Below are positions 63,056 to 64,000 of a stretch of 64,000 bases of DNA, piece after piece (within the stretch, counting starts at the first letter, position 1; each line of letters opens with the position of its first letter). This DNA comes from a virus (lineage: Duplodnaviria > Caudoviricetes): positions 8,495 through 72,494 of the IMG/VR virus record IMGVR_UViG_2844225640_000006. One strand, written 5' to 3'. The position numbers were made by a program, and so were the translations under genes. The notes under the pieces are model-generated. The model saw only the letters and a list, made by a program, of their open reading frames with translations. It was not told where the DNA came from and searched no databases.

Positions 63056-64000
63056 TCAGCCCGCTATGCCCTGAAGACGCCGGATATCCTCCAGACGTTT
63101 GATCGTTTCGACATATCCGGCATCGATTGCCTCGGAAGCGCGGTGAAAATCTGCAAGGCCAATCTGGCCAACCACAGGCATCAGCGAAAGGTCTGGTGGA
63201 TCGCCCGCCATACGTGCACGGGAAATGCGGTCCTGGATGATGTTGAAGGCGTCCATCATCACGCCGGTGATTCCCAGACGCGCTTCCTTTTCGCCATGGA
63301 CAGCGCCGGGCAGACTTTCCTGACGCATCTGCGCGTGTTTGATGACCGCTGCGCGGCCATACTGATCGTAATGAAGGTTGACCGCCAGAACGAGCCGCTG
63401 CTCATAGGCGCGGCAAACGGAAACCGGCACAGGATTGACAAGCGCACCGTCGACAAGCACGCGCTCGTCCCAGCGCACGGGTTCAAACACGCCGGGCAGG
63501 GCATAGGAAGCCCGCATGGCATCCACAAGCGGCCCCGACGACAGCCATATCTCATGGCCGGTACGCAACTCCGTGCAGACCGCCACAAAGGGCCGTGTAA
63601 GCTCTTCTATCCGCAGGCCATCGAGATGTTCACGAAGGCGTCCATCGAGCTTCATGCCGCCGAAAAGACCGCTGCCGCGAAAGGTAATGTCGAGGAGATT
63701 GAACATGCGGCGTCGGGTCAGGCTGCGGGCGAATTCTTCCAGCTCGTCCAGCTTGCCCGCCAGATAACAGCCCCCGACAAGCGCGCCGATGGATGTGCCG
63801 GCAATCATTTCGATTTTGATATTGGCCTCGTCCAGCGCGCGCAGCACACCGATATGCGACCAGCCGCGTGCAGCACCGCCGCCAAGCGCCAGCGCAATCT
63901 TGCGCGGCTCACGCTTGATTTCAGGCTTCTCAATGACTTCCTGAGCAGGTGCTTCGACGTCTACACTGACAGTCCTGCGCCTTACCCCCCAGTTAAGCAT
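63056..64000 (-). CDS. Host patatin-like phospholipase (RssA-like)
   Basis: GGGAARG, GTSIG, DGA motifs. Confidence 0.9.
   Translation of the reverse strand: MLNWGVRRRTVSVDVEAPAQEVIEKPEIKREPRKIALALGGGAARGWSHIGVLRALDEANIKIEMIAGTSIGALVGGCYLAGKLDELEEFARSLTRRRMFNLLDITFRGSGLFGGMKLDGRLREHLDGLRIEELTRPFVAVCTELRTGHEIWLSSGPLVDAMRASYALPGVFEPVRWDERVLVDGALVNPVPVSVCRAYEQRLVLAVNLHYDQYGRAAVIKHAQMRQESLPGAVHGEKEARLGITGVMMDAFNIIQDRISRARMAGDPPDLSLMPVVGQIGLADFHRASEAIDAGYVETIKRLEDIRRLQGIAG

Noticed and set aside
62667-63074. 135-aa ORF over the tRNA
   Set aside because: It is the antisense reading of tRNA-Leu and its upstream region.

Overview
Bases 1 to about 62,667 are part of a large temperate prophage integrated at the 3' end of a tRNA-Leu(GAG) gene (62668-62752, minus strand). 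The prophage continues beyond the left edge of the window. The last 1.2 kb is host DNA (patatin-like gene); an alphaproteobacterial (Rhizobiales-like) host is inferred. Layout: (i) 1-21.8 kb, minus-strand virion operon with a lambda-type head (TerS, gpA-type TerL, gpW, portal, protease-capsid fusion) and a P2-type contractile tail with two paralogous fibres; (ii) 21.9-23.1 kb, non-coding hub with a candidate cos site, an operator-containing promoter and a possible structured RNA of about 480 nt; (iii) 23.1-41 kb, plus-strand accessory/early operon; (iv) 40.8-49.7 kb, minus-strand replication operon; (v) cro/cI switch; (vi) 51.2-62.6 kb, recombination operon ending in the integrase. The most notable element is at 28.28-30.12 kb: a stand-alone Cas7/RAMP-like gene and a 181-aa partner gene, interleaved with three non-coding arrays of GGY-NN pentamers that are divided by GGCA delimiters into five 8-10-pentamer units and bounded by hairpins. 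This looks like an RNA-guided system with a non-contiguous guide code. Two further dispersed signals were found: 13 covarying ANYA-tetraloop hairpins placed just before ribosome-binding sites across the accessory operon, and an ATACG-N3-CGTAT operator family shared by three distant promoter regions. All protein calls come from motif recognition by eye; no database searches were run.
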